In this document: piece by piece, positions 1-12,584 of the stretch
How positions within the stretch are numbered: the first letter of the stretch is position 1
How the letters are laid out: each line of letters opens with the position of its first letter
Assembly: GCA_030390025.1 (NCBI GenBank)
Contig: CM059431.1
Location: forward strand, 96,102,001 to 96,166,000
Length of the DNA stretch: 64,000 bases
Source: Squalus acanthias
Lineage: Eukaryota
Reading direction: 5' to 3'
Notes under the pieces: generated by a model
The model's database searches: none
What the model saw: the letters and a program-made list of their open reading frames with translations, nothing else
What the model was told of the DNA's origin: nothing
Program-made: the position numbers and the translations under genes

Positions 1-164
1 GAGACTGGGCTCCAGAGAGAAGGGAGCAGGAGACTGGGCTCCAGAGAGATGGGAGCAGGAGATTGGGCTCCAGAGAGAAGGGAGCAGGAGACTGGGTTCC
101 AGATAAAAGGGATTAGGAGACTGGGCTCCAGAGGGAAGGGAGCAGGAGACTGTGCTCCAGAGGG

Positions 165-2063
165 AAGAACATAAGAACATAAGAAATAGGAGCAGGAGTA
201 GGCCATTCGGTCCTTCGAGCCTGCTCCACCATTGAATGACATCTGCCTCTCTTCCGCCACTATGTTCGCGCCCGGGTGGCCCTGGAGATGGAGCACGCGG
301 TGTCCGCCGGCACGCTTGACGCCTTTCGAGACCGGTGGGTGCCACGGGGACTGGAGTGCATCGTCACCCCCGGCAAGGTAATTGTAATTTAATTTGATAA
401 GTTTTATTTAAAGTTTTGTTAATTTTCAGTTAATTTACAGTTAATTTGGTTCAATAAAAAAGAGGACCATTCAGTGACATCATGGCTGATCTTCTGCCTC
501 AACTCCATTCACCGGCCCTATCGCCAAATCCCTTGAAGCCCTTACTAGTCAGAAATCTATCGACTTCTGTTTTGAATATACCCAATGACTGAGCCTCCAC
601 AGCACTCTGGGGTAGAGAATTCCAAAGATTCACCACCCTCTGTGTGAAAAATGTCTTCTCATCTCAGTCCTGAATGGCCTGTCCTTTATCTTGAGGCTGT
701 GGCCCCTGGTTCTAGACTCCCCAGCCAAGGGAAACAATCTCCCAGCATCCATCCTATCAAGCCCTGTAATAATTTTGTATGCTTCAATGAGATCCCCTCT
801 CATTCTTCTGAATTCAAGAGAATACAGGCCTAGTTTACTCAATCTCTTCTCATATGACAGACCCGCCATCCCAGGAATCAATCTCGTGAACCTTCGTTGC
901 ACTCCCTCTATGGCAAGTATATCCTTCCTTAGGTAAGGAGACCAAATTTGTACACAGTACTCCAGGTGTGGTTTCACCAAGGCCCTATATAATTGGAGTA
1001 AGACTTCTTTACTCCTGTACTCAAATCCTCTTGTAATGAAGGCCAGCATACCATTTGCCTTCCTAATGGCTTGCTGCACCTGCACATTCACTTTCAGTGA
1101 CTCATGTACAAGGACACCCAGGTCCCTTTGAGCATCTGCATTCCCCAATCTTTCGCTATTGAGGAAATACTCTGCCTTTCTGTTTTTTCTACCAAAGTGG
1201 ATAACTTCACATTTATCCACATTATATTCCATCTGCCATGTTCTCGCCCACTCACTGAGCCTGTTGCGATCCCCTTGAAGCCTCTTTACATCCTCTTCGC
1301 AACTGACACTGCCACCTAGCTTTGTATCATCAGCAAATTTGGAAATGTTACATTTAGTCCCCTCATCCAAATCATTGATATAGATTGTGTATAGCTGGGG
1401 CCCAAGCACCGATCCTTGCGGTACCCCACTAGTCACAGCCTGCCATCCTGAAAAAGACCCGTTTATCCCTACTCTTTGCTTTCTGTCTGTTAACCAATTC
1501 TCAATCCATGCTAGTATAATACCCACAATTCCATGTGCCTAATTTTGTTCACCAACCTCTTGTGTGGGACCTTATCGAAGGCCTTCTGAAAATCCAGATA
1601 CACCACATCTACCAGTTCCCCTTTGTCTACTCCAGTAGTTACATCCTCAAAGAACTCCAATAGGTTTGTCAAACAGGATTTCCCTTTCATAAATCCATGT
1701 TGACTCTGCCCAATCTTACTATTAGTTTCTAAGTGCCCAGTTATTGCATCCTTTATAATAGATTCCAGCATTTTCCCAACTACTGATGTGAGGCTAACAG
1801 GTCTGTAGTTCCCCGTTTTCTCTCTCCCTCCTTTCTTAAATAGCTGGGTTACATTTGCTATCCTCCAATCTGCAGGAACCGTTACAGAATCTATAGAAAT
1901 TTGGAAGATGAAAACCAATGCGTCCACTATTCCAATGGCCACCTCTTTCAAAACCCTAGGATGTAGGTCATCCGGTCCGTGGGATTTATCGACTTTTAGT
2001 CCCATAAATTTTGCTAGTACTGTTTTTTTACTAATAATTTCTTTAAGATCTCATTCTCGTCAG
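165..2063 (-). mobile_element. 5'-truncated CR1 LINE (RT region + 3' UTR), array copy A1, frameshifted
   Basis: ORFs 1511-2005 (NYRPVSLTSVVGK, YLDFQKAFDKV) and 630-1526 ([26 protein letters not shown]); (CTTATGTT)n tail near 165-185. Confidence 0.95.
244..465 (+). mobile_element. 3' end of an L1-clade (Tx1-like) non-LTR element nested in the CR1 3' UTR; repeated at ~3268, 5576, 8513 and 10763
   Basis: Frame reads LPLFRHYVRARVALEMEHAVSAGTLDAFRDRWVPRGLECIVTPGKVIVI*, then an AT-rich UTR and AATAAAAAA. Flanked by a 16-bp TSD ACCATTGAATGACATC (228-243) / ACCATTCAGTGACATC (466-481). Tx1 assignment is from recall of ORF2 C-termini. Confidence 0.7.
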
Positions 2064-2065
2064 TA

Positions 2066-3194
2066 GGGAGCAGGGGACTGGGTTCCAGAGACAAGGAAGG
2101 AGGAGACAGGGCTCCAGAGAGAAGGGAGCAGGAGACCGGGCTCCAGAGAGAAAGGAGCACGAGACTGGGTTCCAGAGAGAAGGGAGCAGGTGTCCATGCA
2201 CCAGAGAGAAGGGAGCAGGAGACTGGGCTCCAGAGAGAAGGGAGCAGGTGTCCATGCACCAGAGAGAAGGGAGCAGGAGACTGGGTTCCAGAGAGAAGGG
2301 AGCAGGAGAATGGGTTCCAGAGAGAAGGGAGCAGGAGACTGGGCTCCAGAGAAAAGGGAGCAGGTGTCCATGCACCAGAGAGAAGGGAGCAGGAGACTGG
2401 GCTCCAGAGAGAAGGGAGCAGGAGACTGGGCTCCAGAGAGAAGAAGGCAGGAGACTGGGCTCCAGAGAGAAGGGAGCAGGAGACTGGGCTCCAGAGAGAA
2501 GAAGGCAGGAGATTGGGCTCCAGAGAGAAGGGAGCAGGAGACTGGGCACCAGAGACAAGGGAGCAGGAGACTGGGCTCCAGAGAGAAGAAGGCAGGAGAC
2601 TAGGCTCCAGAGAGAAGGGAGCAGGAGACTGGGCTCCAGAGACAAGGGAGCAGGAGACTGGGCTCCAGAGAGAAGGGAGCAGGAGACTGTGCTCCAGAGA
2701 GAAGGCAGCAGGTGACTGGGCTCCAGATACAAGAAGGCAGGAGACTGGGCTCCAGAGAGAAGGGAGCAGGAGACTGAGCTCCAGAGAGAAGCCAGCAGGA
2801 GACTGGGCTCCAGAGAGAAGGGAGCAGGAGTCCGTGTACCAGAGAAAAGGGAGCAGGAGTCCGTGCACCAGAGAGAAGGGAGCAGGAGACTGGGCTCCAG
2901 AGAGAAGGGAGCAGGAGACTGGGCACCAGAGAGAAGGGAGCAGGAGACTGGGCACCAGAGAGGAGGGAGCAGGAGACTGGGCTCCAGAGAGAAGGGAGCA
3001 GGAGACCGTGCACCAGAGAGAAGGGAGCAGGAGACTGGGCACCAGAGAGAAGGGAGCAGGAGACTGGGCTCCAGAGAGAAGGGAGCAGGAGACTGGGCTC
3101 CAGAGAGAAGGGAGCAGGAGACTGGGCTCCAGAGAGAAGGGAGCAGGAGACTGGGCTCCAGAGGGAAGGGAGCAGGAGACTGTGATCCAGAGGG
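2066..3194 (+). repeat. 29-bp minisatellite, consensus GGAGCAGGAGACTGGGCTCCAGAGAGAAG (~39 copies); partial block also at 1-164
   Basis: Direct reading of tandem 29-mers with variant units (GTGTCCATGCACC, GAAGAAGGC, GACAAG). Confidence 0.97.
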
Positions 3195-5090
3195 AAGAAC
3201 ATAAGAACATAAGAAATAGGAGTAGGCCAATCGGTCCTTCGAGCCTGCTCCACCATTGAATGACATCTGCCTCTCTTCCGCCACTATGTTCGCGCCCGGG
3301 TGGCCCTGGAGATGGAGCACGAGATGTCCGCCGGCACGCTTGACGCCTTTCGAGACCGGTGGGTGCCGCGGGGACTGGAGTGCATCATCACCCCCGGCAA
3401 TCTAATTGTAATATAATTTGATAAGTTTTATTTAAAGTTTTGTTAATTTTCAGTTAATTTACAGTTAATTTGGTTCAATAAAAAAGAGGACCATTCAATG
3501 ACATCATGGCTGATCTTCTGCCTCAACTCCATTCACCGGCCCTATCGCCATATCCCTTGATGCCCTTACTAGTCAGAAATCTATCGACTTCTGTTTTGAA
3601 TATACCCAATGACTGAGCCTCCACAGCCCTCTGGGGTAGAGAATTCCAAAGATTCACCACCCTCTGTGTGAAAAATGTCTTCTCCTCTCAGTCCTGAATG
3701 GCCTACCCTTTATCTTGAGGCTGTGGCCTCTGGTTCTAGACTCCCCAGCCAAGGGAAACATTCTCCCAGCATCCATCCTATCAAGCCCTGTAATAATTTT
3801 GTATGCTTCAATGAGATCCCCTCTCATTCTTCTGAATTCAAGAGAATACAGGTCTAGTTTACTCAATCTCTTCTCATATGACAGACCCGCCATCCCAGGA
3901 ATGAATCTCGTGAACCTTCGTTGCACTCCCTCTATGGCAAGTATATCCTTCCTTAGGTAAGGAGACCAAAATTGTACACAGTACTCCAGGTGTGGTCTCA
4001 CCAAGGCCCTATATAATTGGAGTAAGACTTCTTTACTCCTGTACTCAAATCCTCTTGTAATGAAGGCCAGCATACCATTTACCTTCCTAATGGCTTGCTG
4101 CACCTGCACATTCACTTTCAGTGACTCATGTACAAGGACACCCAGGTCCCTTTGAGCATCTGCATTCCCCAATCTTTCGCTATTGAGGAAATACTCTGCC
4201 TTTCTGTTTTTTCTACCAAAGTGGATAACTTCACATTTATCCACATTATATTCCATCTGCCATGTTCTCGCCCACTCACTGAGCCTGTCGAGATCCCCTT
4301 GAAGCCTCTTCCCATCCTCTTCACAACTGACACTGCCATCTAGCTTTGTATCATCAGCAAATTTGGAAATGTTACATTTAGTCCCCTCATCCAAATCATT
4401 GATATAGATTGTGTATAGCTGGGGCCCAAGCACCGATCCTTGCGGTACCCCACTAGTCACAGCCTGCCATCCTGAAAAAGACCCGTTTATCCCTACTCTT
4501 TGCTTTCTGTCTGTTAACCAATTCTCAATCCATGCTAGTATATTACCCACAATTCCATGTGCCTAATTTTGTTCACCAACCTCTTGTGTGGGACCTTATC
4601 GAAGGCCTTCTGAAAATCCAGATACACCACATCTACCAGTTCCCCTTTGTCTACTCCACCAGTTACATCCTCAAAGAACTCCAATAGGTTTGTCAAACAG
4701 GATTTCCCTTTCATAAATCCATGTTGACTCTGCCCAATCTTACTATTAGTTTCTAAGTGCCCAGTTATTGCATCCTTTATAATAGATTCCAGCATTTTCC
4801 CAACTACTGATGTGAGGTTAACAGGTCTGTAGTTCCCCGTTTTCTCTCTCCCTCCTTTCTTAAATAGCGGGGTTACATTTGCTATCCTCCAATCTGCAGG
4901 AACCATTACAGAATCTATAGAAATTTGGAAGATGAAAACCAATGCGTCCACTATTCCAATGGCCACCTCTTTCAAAACCCTAGGATGTAGGTCATCCGGT
5001 CCGTGGGATTTATCGACTTTTAGTCCCATTAATTTTGCTAATACTGTTTTTTTACTAATAATAATTTCTTTAAGATCTCATTCTCGTCAG
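3195..5090 (-). mobile_element. CR1 fragment, array copy B1
   Basis: ORFs 3654-4550 and 4535-5029 with B-type variants (MGNILA, KLDG, KVNG). Confidence 0.95.
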
Positions 5091-5094
5091 AATG

Positions 5095-5496
5095 CAGCAG
5101 GGGACTGGGTTCCAGAGACAAGGAAGGAGGAGACAGGGCTCCAGAGAGAAGGGAGCAGGAGACTGGGTTCCAGAGACAAGGAAGGAGGAGACAGGGCTCC
5201 AGAGAGAAGGGAGCAGGAGACTGGGTTCCAGAGACAAGGGAGCAGGAGACTGGGCTCCAGAGAGAAGAAGGCAGGAGACTGGGCTCCAGAGAGAAGGGAG
5301 CAGGAGACTGGGCTCCAGAGAGAAGAAGGCAGGAGACTGGGCTCCAGAGAGAAGGGAGCAGGAGACTGGGCTCCAGAGAGAAGAAGGCAGGAGACTGGGC
5401 TCCAGAGAGAAGGGAGCAGGAGACTGGGTTCCAGATAAAAGGGATTAGGAGACTGGGCTCCAGAGGGAAGGGAGCAGGAGACTGTGCTCCAGAGGG
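5095..5496 (+). repeat. 29-bp minisatellite block (~14 copies)
   Basis: Same 29-mer, follows a B-type CR1 copy. Confidence 0.95.
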
Positions 5497-7395
5497 AAGA
5501 ACATAAGAACATAAGAAATAGGAGCAGGAGTAGGCCATTCGGTCCTTCGAGCCTGCTCCACCATTGAATGACATCTGCCTCTCTTCCGCCACTATGTTCG
5601 CGCCCGGGTGGCCCTGGAGATGGAGCACGCGGTGTCCGCCGGCACGCTTGACGCCTTTCGAGACCGGTGGGTGCCACGGGGACTGGAGTGCATCGTCACC
5701 CCCGGCAAGGTAATTGTAATTTAATTTGATAAGTTTTATTTAAAGTTTTGTTAATTTTCAGTTAATTTACAGTTAATTTGGTTCAATAAAAAAGAGGACC
5801 ATTCAGTGACATCATGGCTGATCTTCTGCCTCAACTCCATTCACCGGCCCTATCGCCATATCCCTTGAAGCCCTTACTAGTCAGAAATCTATCGACTTCT
5901 GTTTTGAATATACCCAATGACTGAGCCTCCACAGCCCTCTGGGGTAGAGAATTCCAAAGATTCACCACCCTCTGTGTGAAAAATGTCTTCTCCTCTCAGT
6001 CCTGAATGGCCTACCCTTTATCTTGAGGCTGTGGCCCCTGGTTCTAGACTCCCCAGCCAAGGGAAACAATCTCCCAGCATCCATCCTATCAAGCCCTGTA
6101 ATAATTTTGTATGCTTCAATGAGATCCCCTCTCATTCTTCTGAATTCAAGAGAATACAGGCCTAGTTTACTCAATCTCTTCTCATATGACAGACCCGCCA
6201 TCCCAGGAATCAATCTCGTGAACCTTCGTTGCACTCCCTCTATGGCAAGTATATCCTTCCTTAGGTAAGGAGACCAAATTTGTACACAGTACTCCAGGTG
6301 TGGTTTCACCAAGGCCCTATATAATTGAAGTAAGACTTCTTTACTCCTGTACTCAAATCCTCTTGTAATGAAGGCCAGCATACCACTCGCCTTCCTAATG
6401 GCTTGCTGCACCTGCACATTCACTTTCAGTGACTCATGTACAAGGACACCCAGGTCCCTTTGAGCATCTGCATTCCCCAATCTTTCGCTATTGAGGAAAT
6501 ACTCTGCCTTTCTGTTTTTTCTACCAAAGTGGATAACTTCACATTTATCCACATTATATTCCATCTGCCATGTTCTCGCCCACTCACTGAGCCTGTCGAG
6601 ATCCCCTTGAAACCTCTTCACATCCTCTTCGCAACTGACACTGCCACCTAGCTTTGTATCATCAGCAAATTTGGAAATGTTACATTTAGTCCCCTCATCC
6701 AAATCATTGATATAGATTGTGTATAGCTGGGGCCCAAGCACCGATCCTTGCGGTACCCCACTAGTCACAGCCTGCCATCCTGAAAAAGACCCGTTTATCC
6801 CTACTCTTTGCTTTCTGTCTGTTAACCAATTCTCAATCCATGCTAGTATAATACCCACAATTCCATGTGCCTAATTTTGTTCACCAACCTCTTGTGTGGG
6901 ACCTTATCGAAGGTCTTCTGAAAATCCAGATACACCACATCTACCAGTTCCCCTTTGTCTACTCCAGTAGTTACATCCTCAAAGAACTCCAATAGGTTTG
7001 TCAAACAGGATTTCCCTTTCATAAATCCATGTTGACTCTGCCCAATCTTACTATTAGTTTCTAAGTGCCCAGTTATTGCATCCTTTATAATAGATTCCAG
7101 CATTTTCCCAACTACTGATGTGAGGCTAACAGGTCTGTAGTTCCCCGTTTTCTCTCTCCCTCCTTTCTTAAATAGCTGGGTTACATTTGCTATCCTCCAA
7201 TCTGCAGGAACCGTAACAGAATCTATAGAAATTTGGAAGATGAAAACCAATGCGTCCACTATTCCAATGGCCACCTCTTTCAAAACCCTAGGATGTAGGT
7301 CATCCGGTCCGTGGGATTTATCGACTTTTAGTCCCATAAATTTTGCTAGTACTGTTTTTTTACTAATAATTTCTTTAAGATCTCATTCTCGTCAG
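5497..7395 (-). mobile_element. CR1 fragment, array copy A2
   Basis: ORFs 5962-6858 and 6843-7337. Confidence 0.95.
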
Positions 7396-7397
7396 TA

Positions 7398-8439
7398 GGG
7401 AGCAGGGGACTGGGTTCCAGAGACAAGGAAGGAGGAGACAGGGCTCCAGAGAGAAGGGAGCAGGAGACCGGGCTCCAGAGAGAAAGGAGCACGAGACTGG
7501 GTTCCAGAGAGAAGGGAGCAGGTGTCCATGCACCAGAGAGAAGGGAGCAGGAGACTGGGCTCCAGAGAGAAGGGAGCAGGTGTCCATGCACCAGAGAGAA
7601 GGGAGCAGGAGACTGGGTTCCAGAGAGAAGGGAGCAGGAGAATGGGTTCCAGAGAGAAGGGAGCAGGAGACTGGGCTCCAGAGAAAAGGGAGCAGGTGTC
7701 CATGCACCAGAGAGAAGGGAGCAGGAGACTGGGCTCCAGAGAGAAGGGAGCAGGAGACTGGGCTCCAGAGAGAAGAAGGCAGGAGACTGGGCTCCAGAGA
7801 GAAGGGAGCAGGAGACTGGGCTCCAGAGAGAAGAAGGCAGGAGATTGGGCTCCAGAGAGAAGGGAGCAGGAGACTGGGCACCAGAGACAAGGGAGCAGGA
7901 GACTGGGCTCCAGAGAGAAGAAGGCAGGAGACTAGGCTCCAGAGAGAAGGGAGCAGGAGACTGGGCTCCAGAGACAAGGGAGCAGGAGACTGGGCTCCAG
8001 AGAGAAGGGAGCAGGAGACTGTGCTCCAGAGAGAAGGCAGCAGGTGACTGGGCTCCAGATACAAGAAGGCAGGAGACTGGGCTCCAGAGAGAAGGGAGCA
8101 GGAGACTGAGCTCCAGAGAGAAGCCAGCAGGAGACTGGGCTCCAGAGAGAAGGGAGCAGGAGTCCGTGTACCAGAGAAAAGGGAGCAGGAGTCCGTGCAC
8201 CAGCGAGAAGGGAGCAGTAGACTGGGCTCCAGAGAGAAGGGAGCAGGAGACTGGGCTCCAGAGAGAAGGGAGCAGGAGACTGGGCACCAGAGAGAAGGGA
8301 GCAGGAGACTGGGCTCCAGAGAGAAGGGAGCAGGAGACTGGGCTCCAGAGAGAAGGGAGCAGGAGACTGGGCTCCAGAGAGAAGGGAGCAGGAGACTGGG
8401 CTCCAGAGGGAAGGGAGCAGGAGACTGTGATCCAGAGGG
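7398..8439 (+). repeat. 29-bp minisatellite block (~36 copies)
   Basis: Same variant order as 2066-3194 but 87 bp (3 units) shorter. Confidence 0.95.
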
Positions 8440-10335
8440 AAGAACATAAGAACATAAGAAATAGGAGTAGGCCAATCGGTCCTTCGAGCCTGCTCCACCA
8501 TTGAATGACATCTGCCTCTCTTCCGCCACTATGTTCGCGCCCGGGTGGCCCTGGAGATGGAGCACGAGATGTCCGCCGGCACGCTTGACGCCTTTCGAGA
8601 CCGGTGGGTGCCGCGGGGACTGGAGTGCATCATCACCCCCGGCAATCTAATTGTAATATAATTTGATAAGTTTTATTTAAAGTTTTGTTAATTTTCAGTT
8701 AATTTACAGTTAATTTGGTTCAATAAAAAAGAGGACCATTCAATGACATCATGGCTGATCTTCTGCCTCAACTCCATTCACCGGCCCTATCGCCATATCC
8801 CTTGATGCCCTTACTAGTCAGAAATCTATCGACTTCTGTTTTGAATATACCCAATGACTGAGCCTCCACAGCCCTCTGGGGTAGAGAATTCCAAAGATTC
8901 ACCACCCTCTGTGTGAAAAATGTCTTCTCCTCTCAGTCCTGAATGGCCTACCCTTTATCTTGAGGCTGTGGCCTCTGGTTCTAGACTCCCCAGCCAAGGG
9001 AAACATTCTCCCAGCATCCATCCTATCAAGCCCTGTAATAATTTTGTATGCTTCAATGAGATCCCCTCTCATTCTTCTGAATTCAAGAGAATACAGGTCT
9101 AGTTTACTCAATCTCTTCTCATATGACAGACCCGCCATCCCAGGAATGAATCTCGTGAACCTTCGTTGCACTCCCTCTATGGCAAGTATATCCTTCCTTA
9201 GGTAAGGAGACCAAAATTGTACACAGTACTCCAGGTGTGGTCTCACCAAGGCCCTATATAATTGGAGTAAGACTTCTTTACTCCTGTACTCAAATCCTCT
9301 TGTAATGAAGGCCAGCATACCATTTACCTTCCTAATGGCTTGCTGCACCTGCACATTCACTTTCAGTGACTCATGTACAAGGACACCCAGGTCCCTTTGA
9401 GCATCTGCATTCCCCAATCTTTCGCTATTGAGGAAATACTCTGCCTTTCTGTTTTTTCTACCAAAGTGGATAACTTCACATTTATCCACATTATATTCCA
9501 TCTGCCATGTTCTCGCCCACTCACTGAGCCTGTCGAGATCCCCTTGAAGCCTCTTCCCATCCTCTTCACAACTGACACTGCCATCTAGCTTTGTATCATC
9601 AGCAAATTTGGAAATGTTACATTTAGTCCCCTCATCCAAATCATTGATATAGATTGTGTATAGCTGGGGCCCAAGCACCGATCCTTGCGGTACCCCACTA
9701 GTCACAGCCTGCCATCCTGAAAAAGACCCGTTTATCCCTACTCTTTGCTTTCTGTCTGTTAACCAATTCTCAATCCATGCTAGTATATTACCCACAATTC
9801 CATGTGCCTAATTTTGTTCACCAACCTCTTGTGTGGGACCTTATCGAAGGCCTTCTGAAAATCCAGATACACCACATCTACCAGTTCCCCTTTGTCTACT
9901 CCACCAGTTACATCCTCAAAGAACTCCAATAGGTTTGTCAAACAGGATTTCCCTTTCATAAATCCATGTTGACTCTGCCCAATCTTACTATTAGTTTCTA
10001 AGTGCCCAGTTATTGCATCCTTTATAATAGATTCCAGCATTTTCCCAACTACTGATGTGAGGTTAACAGGTCTGTAGTTCCCCGTTTTCTCTCTCCCTCC
10101 TTTCTTAAATAGCGGGGTTACATTTGCTATCCTCCAATCTGCAGGAACCATTACAGAATCTATAGAAATTTGGAAGATGAAAACCAATGCGTCCACTATT
10201 CCAATGGCCACCTCTTTCAAAACCCTAGGATGTAGGTCATCCGGTCCGTGGGATTTATCGACTTTTAGTCCCATTAATTTTGCTAATACTGTTTTTTTAC
10301 TAATAATAATTTCTTTAAGATCTCATTCTCGTCAG
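8440..10335 (-). mobile_element. CR1 fragment, array copy B2
   Basis: ORFs 8899-9795 and 9780-10274 translate identically to B1. Confidence 0.95.
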
Positions 10336-10339
10336 AATG

Positions 10340-10683
10340 CAGCAGGGGACTGGGTTCCAGAGACAAGGAAGGAGGAGACAGGGCTCCAGAGAGAAGGGAG
10401 CAGGAGACTGGGTTCCAGAGACAAGGAAGGAGGAGACAGGGCTCCAGAGAGAAGGGAGCAGGAGACTGGGTTCCAGAGACAAGGGAGCAGGAGACTGGGC
10501 TCCAGAGAGAAGAAGGCAGGAGACTGGGCTCCAGAGAGAAGGGAGCAGGAGACTGGGCTCCAGAGAGAAGAAGGCAGGAGACTGGGCTCCAGAGAGAAGG
10601 GAGCAGGAGACTGGGTTCCAGATAAAAGGGATTAGGAGACTGGGCTCCAGAGGGAAGGGAGCAGGAGACTGTGCTCCAGAGGG
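10340..10683 (+). repeat. 29-bp minisatellite block (~12 copies)
   Basis: Same as 5095-5496 minus 2 units. Confidence 0.95.
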
Positions 10684-12582
10684 AAGAACATAAGAACATA
10701 AGAAATAGGAGCAGGAGTAGGCCATTCGGTCCTTCGAGCCTGCTCCACCATTGAATGACATCTGCCTCTCTTCCGCCACTATGTTCGCGCCCGGGTGGCC
10801 CTGGAGATGGAGCACGCGGTGTCCGCCGGCACGCTTGACGCCTTTCGAGACCGGTGGGTGCCACGGGGACTGGAGTGCATCGTCACCCCCGGCAAGGTAA
10901 TTGTAATTTAATTTGATAAGTTTTATTTAAAGTTTTGTTAATTTTCAGTTAATTTACAGTTAATTTGGTTCAATAAAAAAGAGGACCATTCAGTGACATC
11001 ATGGCTGATCTTCTGCCTCAACTCCATTCACCGGCCCTATCGCCATATCCCTTGAAGCCCTTACTAGTCAGAAATCTATCGACTTCTGTTTTGAATATAC
11101 CCAATGACTGAGCCTCCACAGCCCTCTGGGGTAGAGAATTCCAAAGATTCACCACCCTCTGTGTGAAAAATGTCTTCTCCTCTCAGTCCTGAATGGCCTA
11201 CCCTTTATCTTGAGGCTGTGGCCCCTGGTTCTAGACTCCCCAGCCAAGGGAAACAATCTCCCAGCATCCATCCTATCAAGCCCTGTAATAATTTTGTATG
11301 CTTCAATGAGATCCCCTCTCATTCTTCTGAATTCAAGAGAATACAGGCCTAGTTTACTCAATCTCTTCTCATATGACAGACCCGCCATCCCAGGAATCAA
11401 TCTCGTGAACCTTCGTTGCACTCCCTCTATGGCAAGTATATCCTTCCTTAGGTAAGGAGACCAAATTTGTACACAGTACTCCAGGTGTGGTTTCACCAAG
11501 GCCCTATATAATTGAAGTAAGACTTCTTTACTCCTGTACTCAAATCCTCTTGTAATGAAGGCCAGCATACCACTCGCCTTCCTAATGGCTTGCTGCACCT
11601 GCACATTCACTTTCAGTGACTCATGTACAAGGACACCCAGGTCCCTTTGAGCATCTGCATTCCCCAATCTTTCGCTATTGAGGAAATACTCTGCCTTTCT
11701 GTTTTTTCTACCAAAGTGGATAACTTCACATTTATCCACATTATATTCCATCTGCCATGTTCTCGCCCACTCACTGAGCCTGTCGAGATCCCCTTGAAAC
11801 CTCTTCACATCCTCTTCGCAACTGACACTGCCACCTAGCTTTGTATCATCAGCAAATTTGGAAATGTTACATTTAGTCCCCTCATCCAAATCATTGATAT
11901 AGATTGTGTATAGCTGGGGCCCAAGCACCGATCCTTGCGGTACCCCACTAGTCACAGCCTGCCATCCTGAAAAAGACCCGTTTATCCCTACTCTTTGCTT
12001 TCTGTCTGTTAACCAATTCTCAATCCATGCTAGTATAATACCCACAATTCCATGTGCCTAATTTTGTTCACCAACCTCTTGTGTGGGACCTTATCGAAGG
12101 TCTTCTGAAAATCCAGATACACCACATCTACCAGTTCCCCTTTGTCTACTCCAGTAGTTACATCCTCAAAGAACTCCAATAGGTTTGTCAAACAGGATTT
12201 CCCTTTCATAAATCCATGTTGACTCTGCCCAATCTTACTATTAGTTTCTAAGTGCCCAGTTATTGCATCCTTTATAATAGATTCCAGCATTTTCCCAACT
12301 ACTGATGTGAGGCTAACAGGTCTGTAGTTCCCCGTTTTCTCTCTCCCTCCTTTCTTAAATAGCTGGGTTACATTTGCTATCCTCCAATCTGCAGGAACCG
12401 TAACAGAATCTATAGAAATTTGGAAGATGAAAACCAATGCTTCCACTATTCCAATGGCCACCTCTTTCAAAACCCTAGGATGTAGGTCATCCGGTCCGTG
12501 GGATTTATCGACTTTTAGTCCCATAAATTTTGCTAGTACTGTTTTTTTACTAATAATTTCTTTAAGATCTCATTCTCGTCAG
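10684..12582 (-). mobile_element. CR1 fragment, array copy A3
   Basis: ORFs 11149-12045 and 12030-12524, nearly identical to A2. Confidence 0.95.
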
Positions 12583-12584
12583 TA

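Noticed and set aside
630..12524. Functional RT via programmed frameshifting between the 164-aa and 298-aa ORFs
   Set aside because: No endonuclease or promoter, no slippery site seen, and a second frameshift at the C-terminus; shared lesions are explained by DNA duplication.
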